The notes: generated by a model not told the origin, from the sequence alone. 64,000 bases of DNA from Candidatus Coatesbacteria bacterium (GCA_030602715.1 JAUVZD010000008.1:1-64000); one strand, 5' to 3'; positions 29,245-39,027 are shown, counted from the stretch's first letter. Numbers and translations: made by a program.

Positions 29245-30156
29245 ATGCAGTATTTTTCGTTTATAGTGACCGAGGACGATGCCGGACAGCGTCTGGATGC
29301 TTATCTCGCCTCGCTTCTGCCCTTCTCCCGCAGTTCTATCAGCTCCGTCATTAAGAAAGGAAGAGCCTTGGTGGATGGGGTTGTGGTCAAGCCCTCCTAT
29401 CGCCTCGCAGAGGAAGAGTCGGTGGAGTTGTATGTTGAACCCCCGCCTGAGCCCCTGCTCAAGCCCTCATCCATACCATTAGACATCCTCTTTGAGGATG
29501 AGGTTTTAATTATAATCAACAAGCCGGCTGGCATCTCCGTCCATCCCGGGGCGGGACGGGAGGATGATACTCTAATTTCTGCCGTCATCGCCCACACGGA
29601 GATTCGTTGCCTAAGCGGCTGGCCCCTGCGCCCGGGCGTCGTCCATCGTCTGGATAAGGATACATCCGGGTTGATGGTGGTGGCAAAAAGTGAGATCGCT
29701 TATCAGTCGCTGGTGAGACAGTTCAGCAGGCGGCAGGTCTTCAAACAATACCAGGCGGTCTGTCATGGAATCCTTCCCGAGGATGAGGGGATAATTGAGG
29801 CTCCCATTGGGCGTCATCGGCGCCACCGCCAGATGATGGCTGTCCGCCCTTCCACCGGTAAGCCGGCGGCAACCGTTTATCGGGTGGAGCGTTTCTTTCC
29901 TCCCCAAGCCACCCTCTTTCTAGCCCTTCCCAGGACCGGTCGCACCCACCAAATCCGTGTCCATCTCGCCCATATCGGGCATCCCTTGATGGGGGATAGG
30001 GTTTATGGTGGACGGGTTGGGCTTATCGGGCGTCAGGCGCTCCACGCCCAACTCCTTTCCTTTGAACACCCGATTGAAGAGCGAAAGCTGGAGTTTTCCG
30101 CTCCTTTGCCCGAGGATATGCAGGAGTTAATTAACCACTTGTCGGGTGGACGATAG
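29245..30156 (+). CDS. rluD: 23S rRNA pseudouridine synthase, RluA/RluD family (S4 domain plus catalytic domain)
   Basis: HRLDKDTSGLMVVAKS catalytic motif. N-terminal S4-like segment. Confidence 0.85.
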   Translation: MQYFSFIVTEDDAGQRLDAYLASLLPFSRSSISSVIKKGRALVDGVVVKPSYRLAEEESVELYVEPPPEPLLKPSSIPLDILFEDEVLIIINKPAGISVHPGAGREDDTLISAVIAHTEIRCLSGWPLRPGVVHRLDKDTSGLMVVAKSEIAYQSLVRQFSRRQVFKQYQAVCHGILPEDEGIIEAPIGRHRRHRQMMAVRPSTGKPAATVYRVERFFPPQATLFLALPRTGRTHQIRVHLAHIGHPLMGDRVYGGRVGLIGRQALHAQLLSFEHPIEERKLEFSAPLPEDMQELINHLSGGR

Positions 30157-30198
30157 TATGCTATATTTTGTGAAAATTTCCATCGGGAGGTGCGGTAG

Positions 30199-30741
30199 AT
30201 GAAATATAGCTTCAGGAAGGTTATGGGTGCCGAGAAGATCAAGCGTAGTATGGAGCGCATCGCCGCGGAGATTCTGGAATGGAACCTGGGTGGTGAGGGG
30301 CTGGCGTTGGTGGGAATACGCACAGGAGGAGCACACCTGGCCCAGAGGTTGTTAAAACTGCTGGAGAGGGAAGAAGGGATTAAGATTCCGGTGGGGATTA
30401 TAGACATCACCCTCTATCGTGATGATATCAGCAGTATGGAGTCAATGCCCCAGGTGCGTTCCACCGATATTGACTTTGATGTTCAAGATCGGGTGATTAT
30501 CCTGGTTGATGATGTGCTCTACACCGGGCGGACGGTGCGGGCGGCTATAGACCAGATAATGGATTTTGGGAGGCCAAGAGCCATCAAACTTGCCGTGCTT
30601 ATTGATCGGGGTCACCGAGAACTTCCCATTCAGCCGGACTTTGTGGGTCATAGGCTCTCCTCCAAACCCGATGAGCGAGTGGAGGTGGAGTTGTCGGAGG
30701 AGAAGAAGACAGACCAGGTGGTTATCGGTGTGCCCGAATAG
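30199..30741 (+). CDS. pyrR: Bifunctional pyrimidine operon regulator / uracil phosphoribosyltransferase PyrR
   Basis: VILVDDVLYTGRTVRAAID PRPP-binding motif. 180 aa. Confidence 0.85.
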   Translation: MKYSFRKVMGAEKIKRSMERIAAEILEWNLGGEGLALVGIRTGGAHLAQRLLKLLEREEGIKIPVGIIDITLYRDDISSMESMPQVRSTDIDFDVQDRVIILVDDVLYTGRTVRAAIDQIMDFGRPRAIKLAVLIDRGHRELPIQPDFVGHRLSSKPDERVEVELSEEKKTDQVVIGVPE

Positions 30742-30765
30742 ACCAGGTTTTCGGATGGTGATGGA

Positions 30766-31284
30766 TTGAGCCGACGGATTATACACACAAACGTTGGGGT
30801 GGAGTTGGGCTCTGTTGAGGTCTATTATACACCTGCAGGTGAAGTGGTCTATATCGTCTTAGGGGAGGGTGGGGATTTCTTCGCTTGGAGCAGGCGCCAG
30901 GGCTTTGAGGTTGAACTGGAGAGTGGTGCGGAAGATGACCTGCCTGTCCGTGAGTTGAAGGAATATTTCTCCGGCAGGAGACGATACTTCCAGAGCCCGC
31001 TTCCTATGCGAGGCACCCCCTTCCAGCGCAGGGTCTGGCTGGAGGGCTTACACATACCATTCGGTGAGACCGTCTCTTACGGTGAGTTATCCAGGAGGGT
31101 ATTCTCTTCCTCCCCGGGTAGTCCTAGGGCTGTCGGTCAGGCTCTGGCGGCTAACCCGGTCCCCATAATCGTTCCCTGCCATAGGGTGCTGGCAAAGGAT
31201 GGCGGGCTTGGCGGTTTCGGCGGAGGGCTGAAGTGGAAAAGGTATCTTCTGGACCTGGAGGGGGCTTATTACAAGGAAGATTAG
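30766..31284 (+). CDS. ogt: Methylated-DNA--protein-cysteine methyltransferase (Ogt/MGMT)
   Basis: IPCHRVL active-site motif and the GETVSYGELS helix. Confidence 0.8.
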   Translation: MSRRIIHTNVGVELGSVEVYYTPAGEVVYIVLGEGGDFFAWSRRQGFEVELESGAEDDLPVRELKEYFSGRRRYFQSPLPMRGTPFQRRVWLEGLHIPFGETVSYGELSRRVFSSSPGSPRAVGQALAANPVPIIVPCHRVLAKDGGLGGFGGGLKWKRYLLDLEGAYYKED

Positions 31285-31407
31285 TTATGGGAGCGGGGAA
31301 GAATGGCGCCTGGCTGGAGTAACTTAAATATAGTTTTGATTTTTCGTTCTTGATGTGTTATCCTGCTGCAATAGACAACGATAAACAGATGGTGAAAAAA
31401 GGGGAAC

Positions 31408-31800
31408 ATGGGAACGGTCAGTATTCGCATAGGTGAGGAGATTTTTGATCTGGATTTAGATGCCATCCGTAAAGCGATTAACGAGGGGATGATTGAGGGG
31501 CACGACCTGGTTCGCTCTGCACAGCTTACCGATGACCAGTGGAAGATGGTGGGGGAGACGGAGCCACTCCGCTCTTGGCTGGTAGGTTCCTCGGACCAAT
31601 CCGTAGCTAACAAAGAACTTGGGTTGCCCACGCTCAAAAAAGCTCTCCTTGAAAAACAAGAACAACTCCTGGAGGAGTTGGCTTCAAAAGGGGTGGATTT
31701 GGTCTGCCCCAACTGCGGACCTGAGGGGAAAACCATACCCTCGGCGGTCTATCCGGAGAAATTCTACTGCAAGAGGTGTGAGCGCTACTACAAGATATAG
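31408..31800 (+). CDS. Hypothetical protein with a C-terminal zinc ribbon
   Basis: CPNCG...CKRCERYY. Native GC content. Confidence 0.4.
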   Translation: MGTVSIRIGEEIFDLDLDAIRKAINEGMIEGHDLVRSAQLTDDQWKMVGETEPLRSWLVGSSDQSVANKELGLPTLKKALLEKQEQLLEELASKGVDLVCPNCGPEGKTIPSAVYPEKFYCKRCERYYKI

Positions 31801-31894
31801 GATTAGGGGAATTATGCCCTTGACAAACCATAGCCGATATGTAAGCGGGAAGCGGTTGTCGTATAAAAAATTGACCGAGGCGAAGGAGGAATAA

Positions 31895-34552
31895 ATGGTA
31901 TCTTCAACCACTAGTAATAAGTATTGTAGTTCTACTGACCTCACTAATGAGGCGAGCGTCGAAGCGTTTTTTGTACTTCGGCTTTTATCCGATTTAGGAT
32001 ATGAAGACGCCGAAATCAAAACTAAGGAAGCTATAGGGACTCTTAGCGTACCGAGGGGCCGGGATAAGGAATTATATAAGCCGGACTTCCTGATGGTGTG
32101 CTACGAAAAGCCCCGTTGGTTAATCGACGCCAAGTCAACCAAAGAACGTATTGAAAACTATACCTATCAATGCGCCGGGTATTCTCTTGAAATTAATAAA
32201 AAATATGAAGACCGACCTCTTCGTTATTATATGCTTACGAACGGACTCTTAACCCGAGTTTATGTTTGGGACCAAGAAGAAGCAGTTTTATCTTTGCGAT
32301 TCAAGGATTTCGTTGATGGTAACTCAAAATATGAAGCGATAAAAAAACTCCTACTCGCCAATAACGCTCGTAATGGGTGGACAATTACGCCAAGTACCCG
32401 TATTAAGGTGATTGCTTTAAAACGTCCGGCAATGGATGTGGTCAAACGTGCTTTCCTGCGTTGTCATAGGATTATTTGGAAAGCAGAGAAAATGAGTCCG
32501 CAAGCGGCTTTTGAGGAATTCGCTAAAATTCTATTTGTAAAATTATGGGAAGACCGACGACTTCGGGATGATTCCGCGTTAATGGCTATGATTAGTAAAG
32601 GCGAACCTTTGCCTATCGATAAAGTAAGGTTTACTAAACATTGGATTAAGGAGCAGGAGGCGAATAATACGAACCCCTTAGATACGTTACTCTTTAAGCA
32701 ATTAGTAGATTCGTTAGAGCGCGAGATTAATTTAAAGAAGAGGAAAAGGATATTTGAGCCGAACGAAAAGCTAAACGTATCACCGGGAACCGTACGCCGC
32801 GTCGTTAAGGAATTAGAAGGTTATTACCTATTCGGTATCGACGAGGATTTAAACGGGAGGATGTTTGAGGCTTTTCTCACCGCGACTATGCGTGGCAAAG
32901 AATTAGGGCAATATTTCACCCCGCGAAGCATTGTAAAATTGATGACGAAACTGGCGAAGCTCAAAGCACAACCGGGGGCAAACAATATTGAGAATGTTAT
33001 CGATGCTTGTTGTGGAACGGGAGGGTTTTTAATAGAAGCACTAACCGAAATGCGGCGCCAATTGTGGGATAACCAGTCGCTCTCAAATACTCAAAGGGAA
33101 GAACTACTTGATGTAGTTTCCAATAAAGCTATACTTGGAATCGATGTGGGCCGTGGTCCAGTAATTGCGCGTATAGCGCGGTTAAATATGTATCTTCACG
33201 GTGATGGTGGTAACAAGGTATATATGACAGACGCGCTTAAAGACCCACCGGAACCATCCCCAGCCGATTCGATTGAAGTGAAGGGAGAGGTCGAAGAACT
33301 ACGCGGCCTTTTAGCTAACGGTTTAAGATTTGATGCGGCGTTAACGAATCCACCGTTTTCGATGGATTACTCTTCTGACGACCCAGAAGAAAAGGTAATT
33401 CTTGATACATATGATTTGACTACCTATGGGGGGAAACGCAAGAATTCCTTGAGGTCGTCCGTTCTTTTTATAGAACGCTATTACGATTTACTGCGTCCGG
33501 GTGGTCGTCTTCTTACTGTTATCGATGACAGTATCCTTGCCGGTAAACCCTTTCCGTTTGTTCGTGATTTTATTAGGGAACGATTTATTATAAAGGCAAT
33601 AATTAGCTTGCACGGGGATGCTTTTCGTCGTTCGGGATCGAGGGCGAAAACATCTATTCTTTATTTAATAAAGAAAAACGACCCTTCTGAAGTACAACCA
33701 AGTTGTTTCGTTTATGAAACCCAATATGTTGGCCGTGATGACGTTCCTACTAAAACGAGGATTAGCAATGCCGAGAAAGCGAGGAGTCTCGCTGGCAATG
33801 AAATAAACGAGATAACTACATCTTTTGATTCTTTTCTTCGGGGCGAAGCTGGGCCTTGGTTGGTTCCCGCCTCTTCTTTAACCGAAAGACTCGATGCTAA
33901 ACACCTTCGTCCCTGGTCTGTATCGGAACTCGAAAAGGATTGGGAAGCTCACGGTATACCTTCAGATATTATTGGGAATCTATTTGACCCAATTGAAGAA
34001 GAAGTATCACTCGAACCAGATACGAGATATACGTTTCTTCGTATTACTTATGAAGGACGACCCGAACGCGGTGATACAGCTTTAGGTAAAGAAGTGTCTT
34101 ACCAAAAGATGTATAGGGCGAGGGTTGGAGATATTGTTATCAGTACTATTAATGCTGTGCATAAGGCGATTTGCGTAATGCCAGAAGTATTGGATGACCT
34201 TTTAATTTCACCGGCATTTATCGTACTACGGCTAAAGGATTCTAAAGTCGGCGATATAGACCCAGCGTACGTATGGTCGGTTCTTCGTACCCCTGCAATC
34301 GTGGCAGAATGGTTGTCTCATACGACCGGATTCGGGCGACATTATGTTGATTGGAATATTATCCGTGACCAACGTATTCCGCTACTTCTTGCGGATAAAC
34401 AGCTGGCTATCGGGAATATGATTCGTGAATTATTCCGATACGAGCAAGAAATATCTGTGAAGAAAGACGCGGCGGAGGATATGTTAGCTGGTCTTGGTTT
34501 AAATGATAGTCGCGCCAAAGACCGCCTTGCCAAAGCTAAACCTCCGCAATAA
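31895..34552 (+). CDS. Single-polypeptide restriction-modification enzyme (Type IIG-like). It fuses an N-terminal HSDR_N-type PD-(D/E)xK nuclease, an HsdM-like gamma-class N6-adenine methyltransferase, and a C-terminal HsdS-like target-recognition domain.
   Basis: PD-(D/E)xK: KPDFLMV...WLIDAKSTKE...QCAGYS...YYMLTNG. MTase motif I: VIDACCGTGGFLIEA. Motif IV: FDAALTNPPFS. GQYFTPRSIV as in HsdM. C-terminal ~250 aa are TRD-like. Strong AAGGAGG SD. The gene is ~43% GC against ~58% in the flanks. Confidence 0.7.
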   Translation: MVSSTTSNKYCSSTDLTNEASVEAFFVLRLLSDLGYEDAEIKTKEAIGTLSVPRGRDKELYKPDFLMVCYEKPRWLIDAKSTKERIENYTYQCAGYSLEINKKYEDRPLRYYMLTNGLLTRVYVWDQEEAVLSLRFKDFVDGNSKYEAIKKLLLANNARNGWTITPSTRIKVIALKRPAMDVVKRAFLRCHRIIWKAEKMSPQAAFEEFAKILFVKLWEDRRLRDDSALMAMISKGEPLPIDKVRFTKHWIKEQEANNTNPLDTLLFKQLVDSLEREINLKKRKRIFEPNEKLNVSPGTVRRVVKELEGYYLFGIDEDLNGRMFEAFLTATMRGKELGQYFTPRSIVKLMTKLAKLKAQPGANNIENVIDACCGTGGFLIEALTEMRRQLWDNQSLSNTQREELLDVVSNKAILGIDVGRGPVIARIARLNMYLHGDGGNKVYMTDALKDPPEPSPADSIEVKGEVEELRGLLANGLRFDAALTNPPFSMDYSSDDPEEKVILDTYDLTTYGGKRKNSLRSSVLFIERYYDLLRPGGRLLTVIDDSILAGKPFPFVRDFIRERFIIKAIISLHGDAFRRSGSRAKTSILYLIKKNDPSEVQPSCFVYETQYVGRDDVPTKTRISNAEKARSLAGNEINEITTSFDSFLRGEAGPWLVPASSLTERLDAKHLRPWSVSELEKDWEAHGIPSDIIGNLFDPIEEEVSLEPDTRYTFLRITYEGRPERGDTALGKEVSYQKMYRARVGDIVISTINAVHKAICVMPEVLDDLLISPAFIVLRLKDSKVGDIDPAYVWSVLRTPAIVAEWLSHTTGFGRHYVDWNIIRDQRIPLLLADKQLAIGNMIRELFRYEQEISVKKDAAEDMLAGLGLNDSRAKDRLAKAKPPQ

Positions 34553-34839
34553 ACCAAAGCCTAAAATAAATAAGAAAGCTAAGAAACCCCATCCCCGCAA
34601 ATACGAAAAACCCATCTCGCTTTATTCCTTACCGTTGTACGAGGTGTTAAAGGCCGCACTCGCGGGGAAACGCAAAGGCGCGAAACCGTCCCGTGGTTTG
34701 CGAAAGGCATAGTTCCCTAGGGTTATACTTTACTATCTCCTATGGGAACTTTAATCCCCAGGGAGCCTTTGGCTCTCATTTCTTATTGCTGTTGACCTCT
34801 GATGATGATATACTCGCCCCGTTCAGAAAGGAGACAACG

Positions 34840-35394
34840 ATGGCTGAAAGAAGGGGCTATTTTTACTCAATAGCAATAATCATCAGCCTTTTATTCACAG
34901 TTCAGGCTTGGGCGCAGATGAACGCTGTTGAGAGTGAGGGGTTTCGTATTCCCCTTGATGTAGAGGCTGGGGCAACGGGTGATCTCGGTTTCTCCCCGCT
35001 GACCGCAGAGGAGATAACCAGAGTGTTTGATGATAATGAAATGGTCTATACCCAGGTCTCGTCCAACGCCTGGGTTCTACCCTACACCAGCAGTAATATG
35101 GAGAACCTGGAGGTTGCCCTCATCCTCAATCCGGACTGGGTGGTGTTCTCCACGACCATCCTTACCCTGCCGGAAAAGGTCAAAGAGAAGGACGTCTATC
35201 GTGACCTATTGGAGTATAACTTCCAGGTCAATCAGGGGAAGTTCGCCATAGACGAGGGCAAAATCTATTTTCTCATAGAGGTCCCCATCCGCCTCTGCGA
35301 TGTGCAGGAACTGTTGGACAATCTCAGCGCCAGCGCCCAGGTAGCCGACGGTATGTATCCGGTGCTTTTGGAAAGTCTGGACCTGGAGGATTGA
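34840..35394 (+). CDS. Secreted YbjN-like domain protein
   Basis: Start is ATG at 34840 behind AAGGAG. Signal peptide IAIIISLLFTVQAWAQ. LLEYNFQVNQGKFAIDEGKIYFLIEVPI resembles the YbjN fold signature. Confidence 0.4.
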   Translation: MAERRGYFYSIAIIISLLFTVQAWAQMNAVESEGFRIPLDVEAGATGDLGFSPLTAEEITRVFDDNEMVYTQVSSNAWVLPYTSSNMENLEVALILNPDWVVFSTTILTLPEKVKEKDVYRDLLEYNFQVNQGKFAIDEGKIYFLIEVPIRLCDVQELLDNLSASAQVADGMYPVLLESLDLED

Positions 35395-35423
35395 TATAAC
35401 CTGAAAAAACCCTGATTTATATG

Positions 35424-35458
35424 TTTTACAGCGGGGTTGCAAAAACCCCGCTGTAAAA
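35424..35458. repeat. Perfect 15-bp inverted repeat with a 5-nt loop
   Basis: TTTTACAGCGGGGTT gcaaa AACCCCGCTGTAAAA. No flanking U-tract on either strand. Confidence 0.8.
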
Positions 35459-35494
35459 ATGCATATCCATTTTACTTACATCAAACAAAGAAAA

Positions 35495-35521
35495 GCCGAG
35501 GGTTCTCCCCCGGCTTTCCTC
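35495..35521 (+). terminator. Candidate intrinsic terminator after the YbjN-like gene
   Basis: GCCG(A)GGG pairs with CCCCGGC around loop TTCTC. TTTCCTC follows. Confidence 0.4.
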
Positions 35522-35658
35522 AAAGCTCTTTCCTGAAGGGAGAGGTGATAGTTTTGGTCTACAGGGGATTCCACCGATTGGAGAGTATTGGGTTGCCTTG
35601 GGGGGGATTTTTGTTATATAATGGCTTTAAGATGATGAGTGGATTTGGAGGGTAAATT

Positions 35659-36387
35659 ATGCCAGGTTACCGTTGGATTATCGGTCTTTTTGCGGTGGTT
35701 TTATCGCTTGTCCTTTTTGCGGAAGGGGCTTTCGCCAAACGTAAGGAGGAGGAACCCCCGAAGGACTCCAGAGTAATTGCCCACATACAATTTGGGGTAA
35801 ACTATGGACTTTCGTCGCCGGATATGGTGGATACTATTAATGACACCGCAATAAATACGCTGAACTCTGAGGACCGCTTGGGCGATTTCGGCTTGGGGTT
35901 TAGCTTCGGCTTGGATATCCTATTCAACGCGAAGGGACCGTTATGGCTCGGTGGGGGGCTGGGAATCAATACCGCCAAAACCCACCAGAAATTCAAGTAT
36001 TATGACGCTATTGGTAACTTCTACAATGAGTATTATGGGATAAGCCTTACCGTTGGGTCGCTTGACGGCTTGGCTATGTTTCGTTTCAACACCAGGGGGA
36101 GTTTCTCGCCATATCTTTTCGCAGGTGGCGGTATCTCCCTTACAGTGATGAATTTTGATAACTATATGGTAAATATCTATGGGGGTGAGCACTTCCATCG
36201 GGGTCAAGCCACTAAATACTCCCCTGTCCTGCGGGCTGGTGGAGGTTTTGGTGTTCCCTTCTTCAACCTGGGTCAGTTCTTCACCCAGGTGAGCTACACC
36301 TATCCCGTTGGGGAGTTTGAGGTTTTAGGTTGGGGAGTGAAGCAAGACGCCTGGGCGGTATCTTTCGGATTGGATAGAGCCTTCTGA
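35659..36387 (+). CDS. Outer-membrane beta-barrel protein (OmpA-like 8-strand / OMP_b-brl family)
   Basis: Signal peptide ending AFA. Alternating hydrophobic/aromatic strands with Gly-rich turns. C-terminal ...AWAVSFGLDRAF. Confidence 0.55.
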   Translation: MPGYRWIIGLFAVVLSLVLFAEGAFAKRKEEEPPKDSRVIAHIQFGVNYGLSSPDMVDTINDTAINTLNSEDRLGDFGLGFSFGLDILFNAKGPLWLGGGLGINTAKTHQKFKYYDAIGNFYNEYYGISLTVGSLDGLAMFRFNTRGSFSPYLFAGGGISLTVMNFDNYMVNIYGGEHFHRGQATKYSPVLRAGGGFGVPFFNLGQFFTQVSYTYPVGEFEVLGWGVKQDAWAVSFGLDRAF

Positions 36388-36518
36388 AGGGGACCGTGGA
36401 TGAAGGTTCAGGAATTAACTATGAGCCGAAGTTTAAGAACCATGGCTTTATCCTTGACGGGGTTGGGTTTCTGTGCTACTTTCTGTGGAAATAATTCGCT
36501 GGGGGAAAGGAGTCTTAA

Positions 36519-37811
36519 TTGAGAAGGATTGTAATCCTCGCTTGGGTAGCATTCGCCTTGCTACTTGCTTCGTGTTCCAGTAACGACGATTCTCCCATAG
36601 GATTTGACTGGGTGGGTTGGGACTCCCCGGTATATACCGTAATTCTATACCCCGATGCATCCTGGCAGGATACTTACTTTGACTGTTATGTCAACACCGG
36701 ACGTTCTCTGCGCCTGCTGGTGGGTCGCTTTGACCACTATCTATATCGCTCGTTGATTATGTTCCGTCCCCAGGATTTGGAATTCGGTTCCGCCAACGAC
36801 ATCACCTGCGCCAAGATCAGCTTCGCCATGGAGAGAGAGGTGGGGTTGCTCAACGATGCGGTTTATAACCAGGGGAGTCTGGAGATAGAGGTCGCCCCGC
36901 TCTATGTGGATTGGCTGGAGGACGCCGCCAGTTGGTATCACGCCGACCATTACACCCCCTGGGATGGGGGGATATTCGGTCCGCCGCAGGGAATCGCTCT
37001 TGCCGGCGAAGCCACCGAGGAGATTACCTATGTAGATATTGAGATTACCGACATGTGCCGGGATTGGGTTGCCGACCCTAACTCCAATCATGGGGTCATC
37101 GTCATGGCTCGGGATGAGAGCCGGGAGGTGGTCAAGGAATTTTATTCCCTGGATATCCTCACCCGTGAGGGAGTTCCCAAGTTGATAATAGAGTATCAGG
37201 AGGATGGGGAGAAGAAGAAGGTCAGTATTCCCCCGGCAATAGATTGTTTCATCACCACCTCGGATGAGCGCTTTTTTGACGACGATATACCCGGATACAA
37301 CGAGGAAATTATGGTCGGTGGTTTCAACGGTTATTCCTACCGGGCGATGATGTATTTTGATTTGAGCCAGGAAACCACTTTCATCCCCAGGGACGCCACC
37401 ATCGTCCTGGCGGAGCTCAAGCTCTATTATAAACCCGGCTCCAAAGCGGATGAGTCACTCATCCGAGCCTATGTGCTGGATCAGGCCTTTGATGAGTCTA
37501 TGAACCGGGGGACTTTGGCTTCTCTGCAATTCAATACCTCAACCTCCTACGGAGAGATGGATATTGAAGGCGCTCCTGAGGGATTTCTGGGCATCTTCAT
37601 AAATCAGATGGTTCAGGGCTGGATAAGCGGTTCCTTAAATAACTACGGGCTGCTGTTGATGGCGGATGGGGAATATCTGGATTCCACCTGTCACATTGAA
37701 TTCTCAAGCACCGACAATTCCAACCCATCTTACTGGCCTTATCTGTTGGTCAAGTTCACCCTGCCCCCCGGTTATCCCCCCGATTGGATGATGGCTAATG
37801 ACTCTCTCTAG
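36519..37811 (+). CDS. Secreted lipoprotein with two tandem beta-sandwich (carbohydrate-binding/DNRLRE-like) modules
   Basis: Lipobox LLLASC. The repeated pattern NHGVIVMARDESRE / NNYGLLLMADGEYLDS ... YLLVKF occurs twice. Confidence 0.5.
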   Translation: MRRIVILAWVAFALLLASCSSNDDSPIGFDWVGWDSPVYTVILYPDASWQDTYFDCYVNTGRSLRLLVGRFDHYLYRSLIMFRPQDLEFGSANDITCAKISFAMEREVGLLNDAVYNQGSLEIEVAPLYVDWLEDAASWYHADHYTPWDGGIFGPPQGIALAGEATEEITYVDIEITDMCRDWVADPNSNHGVIVMARDESREVVKEFYSLDILTREGVPKLIIEYQEDGEKKKVSIPPAIDCFITTSDERFFDDDIPGYNEEIMVGGFNGYSYRAMMYFDLSQETTFIPRDATIVLAELKLYYKPGSKADESLIRAYVLDQAFDESMNRGTLASLQFNTSTSYGEMDIEGAPEGFLGIFINQMVQGWISGSLNNYGLLLMADGEYLDSTCHIEFSSTDNSNPSYWPYLLVKFTLPPGYPPDWMMANDSL

Positions 37812-39027
37812 GGCGATTGCTCTGAAGCTTGTGGGATTAGCCCTGGTAGCAATTTTAGCTCTGTCGCTCTCCACCGCATCTGCCAACACCTTGCTCAACA
37901 TAGACCAGATGGGTGAGCCTTTTCTCGCCTATGAAGCCCGAGCCATAGCAATGGGCAACGCTTGCATCGCCTTATATGACGGTGCCAATACCTCCTTGCT
38001 CAACCCGGCATGCAGTGCTCAGCTATCCACCACTATGTTCAACGCCACCTATCTCCGTTATCAGACCAGATACTCCCTCTATGGACAGGAGAGCGCAGTG
38101 GTGGAACATAATCTGCCCAATATCTCCTTCACCGCCTTCATTCCTAAAATAGAGTTACCGGTAACCGTGGGACACCGCACCTATTATGATTGGGGCATAA
38201 AGGTGGCCCAGCCCCTGATAGTGGAGGGGGAGGAGGTGGGGGAGGAGTGGTATATCGGTAAGGGCAGTCTTAACTGCTTCTCGGTCGCCAGTGCGCGCAG
38301 TCTTTTGCCCTGGATGAGCCTGGGCTTGCGTCTGGACTACTATTTCGGCGCTCCGAAGGAGGCTTGGATCAAGGATTTTTCAAGTGATTATTATACCGAT
38401 GTGAGGGATGTTCTTGAACACCGGATGCACGGGGCAAGCTTCACCGTCGGCGCGGTGGGCAGTATGGGTATGGGGCTGGATGTGGGCTTCTTCTATCAGC
38501 ACAAAGCCAAGCTGGATGTGGAGGATACCGTAACCAGCAACTTCGGGGTGGTAGCCGAAGATTCTTATACCCTTACCTATCCAGCGAGGATGGGGTTCGG
38601 CATTGCTTATCATTCCTTCCCCTGGCTCACCGCCGCCATAGATGTAATCCACACCCGCTGGAGTGGTTTTGAGAGTGGGAACCAGGAGTTTGATTTTCAG
38701 AGCACCACCGAATTCCACGGGGGGGTGGAGATAGTTCCCAGCCAGAACCCCAAGTCGTTCAAGCTACTGCGACTGCCCTATCGGGCGGGGTTTTATTATA
38801 TTCCCTGGTATGGTGCTGACCCCGGCGGGGGTCGGTATAGCGAGGTCGGTTTTACCTTCGGAATGGGCTATCTTTTTGGGCAGAATGAGAACTCACGGGT
38901 GGATGTAGCCTTTGAGTTCGGTCGGCGAGGCGGAGGTGACCTGGACCTGCAAGAGGATATATTCAGGCTTTACTTCTCGGTCAGTGCCCTGGAGAAGTGG
39001 CTGGGTAAGTTCACCAAGGAAGATTGA
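37798..39027 (+). CDS. Outer-membrane beta-barrel of the PorV/FadL-like superfamily
   Basis: Signal peptide. N-terminal conserved segment EARAIAMGNACIALYDGANTSLLNPA resembles the GARAxGMGxAxxAxxDDxSAxxWNPAGL motif of PorV/FadL-type barrels. C-terminal aromatic residue. 14-nt overlap with the upstream lipoprotein gene. Confidence 0.5.
   Translation: MTLSRAIALKLVGLALVAILALSLSTASANTLLNIDQMGEPFLAYEARAIAMGNACIALYDGANTSLLNPACSAQLSTTMFNATYLRYQTRYSLYGQESAVVEHNLPNISFTAFIPKIELPVTVGHRTYYDWGIKVAQPLIVEGEEVGEEWYIGKGSLNCFSVASARSLLPWMSLGLRLDYYFGAPKEAWIKDFSSDYYTDVRDVLEHRMHGASFTVGAVGSMGMGLDVGFFYQHKAKLDVEDTVTSNFGVVAEDSYTLTYPARMGFGIAYHSFPWLTAAIDVIHTRWSGFESGNQEFDFQSTTEFHGGVEIVPSQNPKSFKLLRLPYRAGFYYIPWYGADPGGGRYSEVGFTFGMGYLFGQNENSRVDVAFEFGRRGGGDLDLQEDIFRLYFSVSALEKWLGKFTKED

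Noticed and set aside
34503-34712. 69-aa Lys-rich ORF overlapping the 3' end of the RM gene
   Set aside because: Overlaps the RM coding end in another frame, has low complexity, and has no SD. Probably spurious.
35424-35458. Reading the 15-bp palindrome as an intrinsic terminator
   Set aside because: No U-tract follows the stem on either strand. It is recorded as a repeat or palindrome instead.
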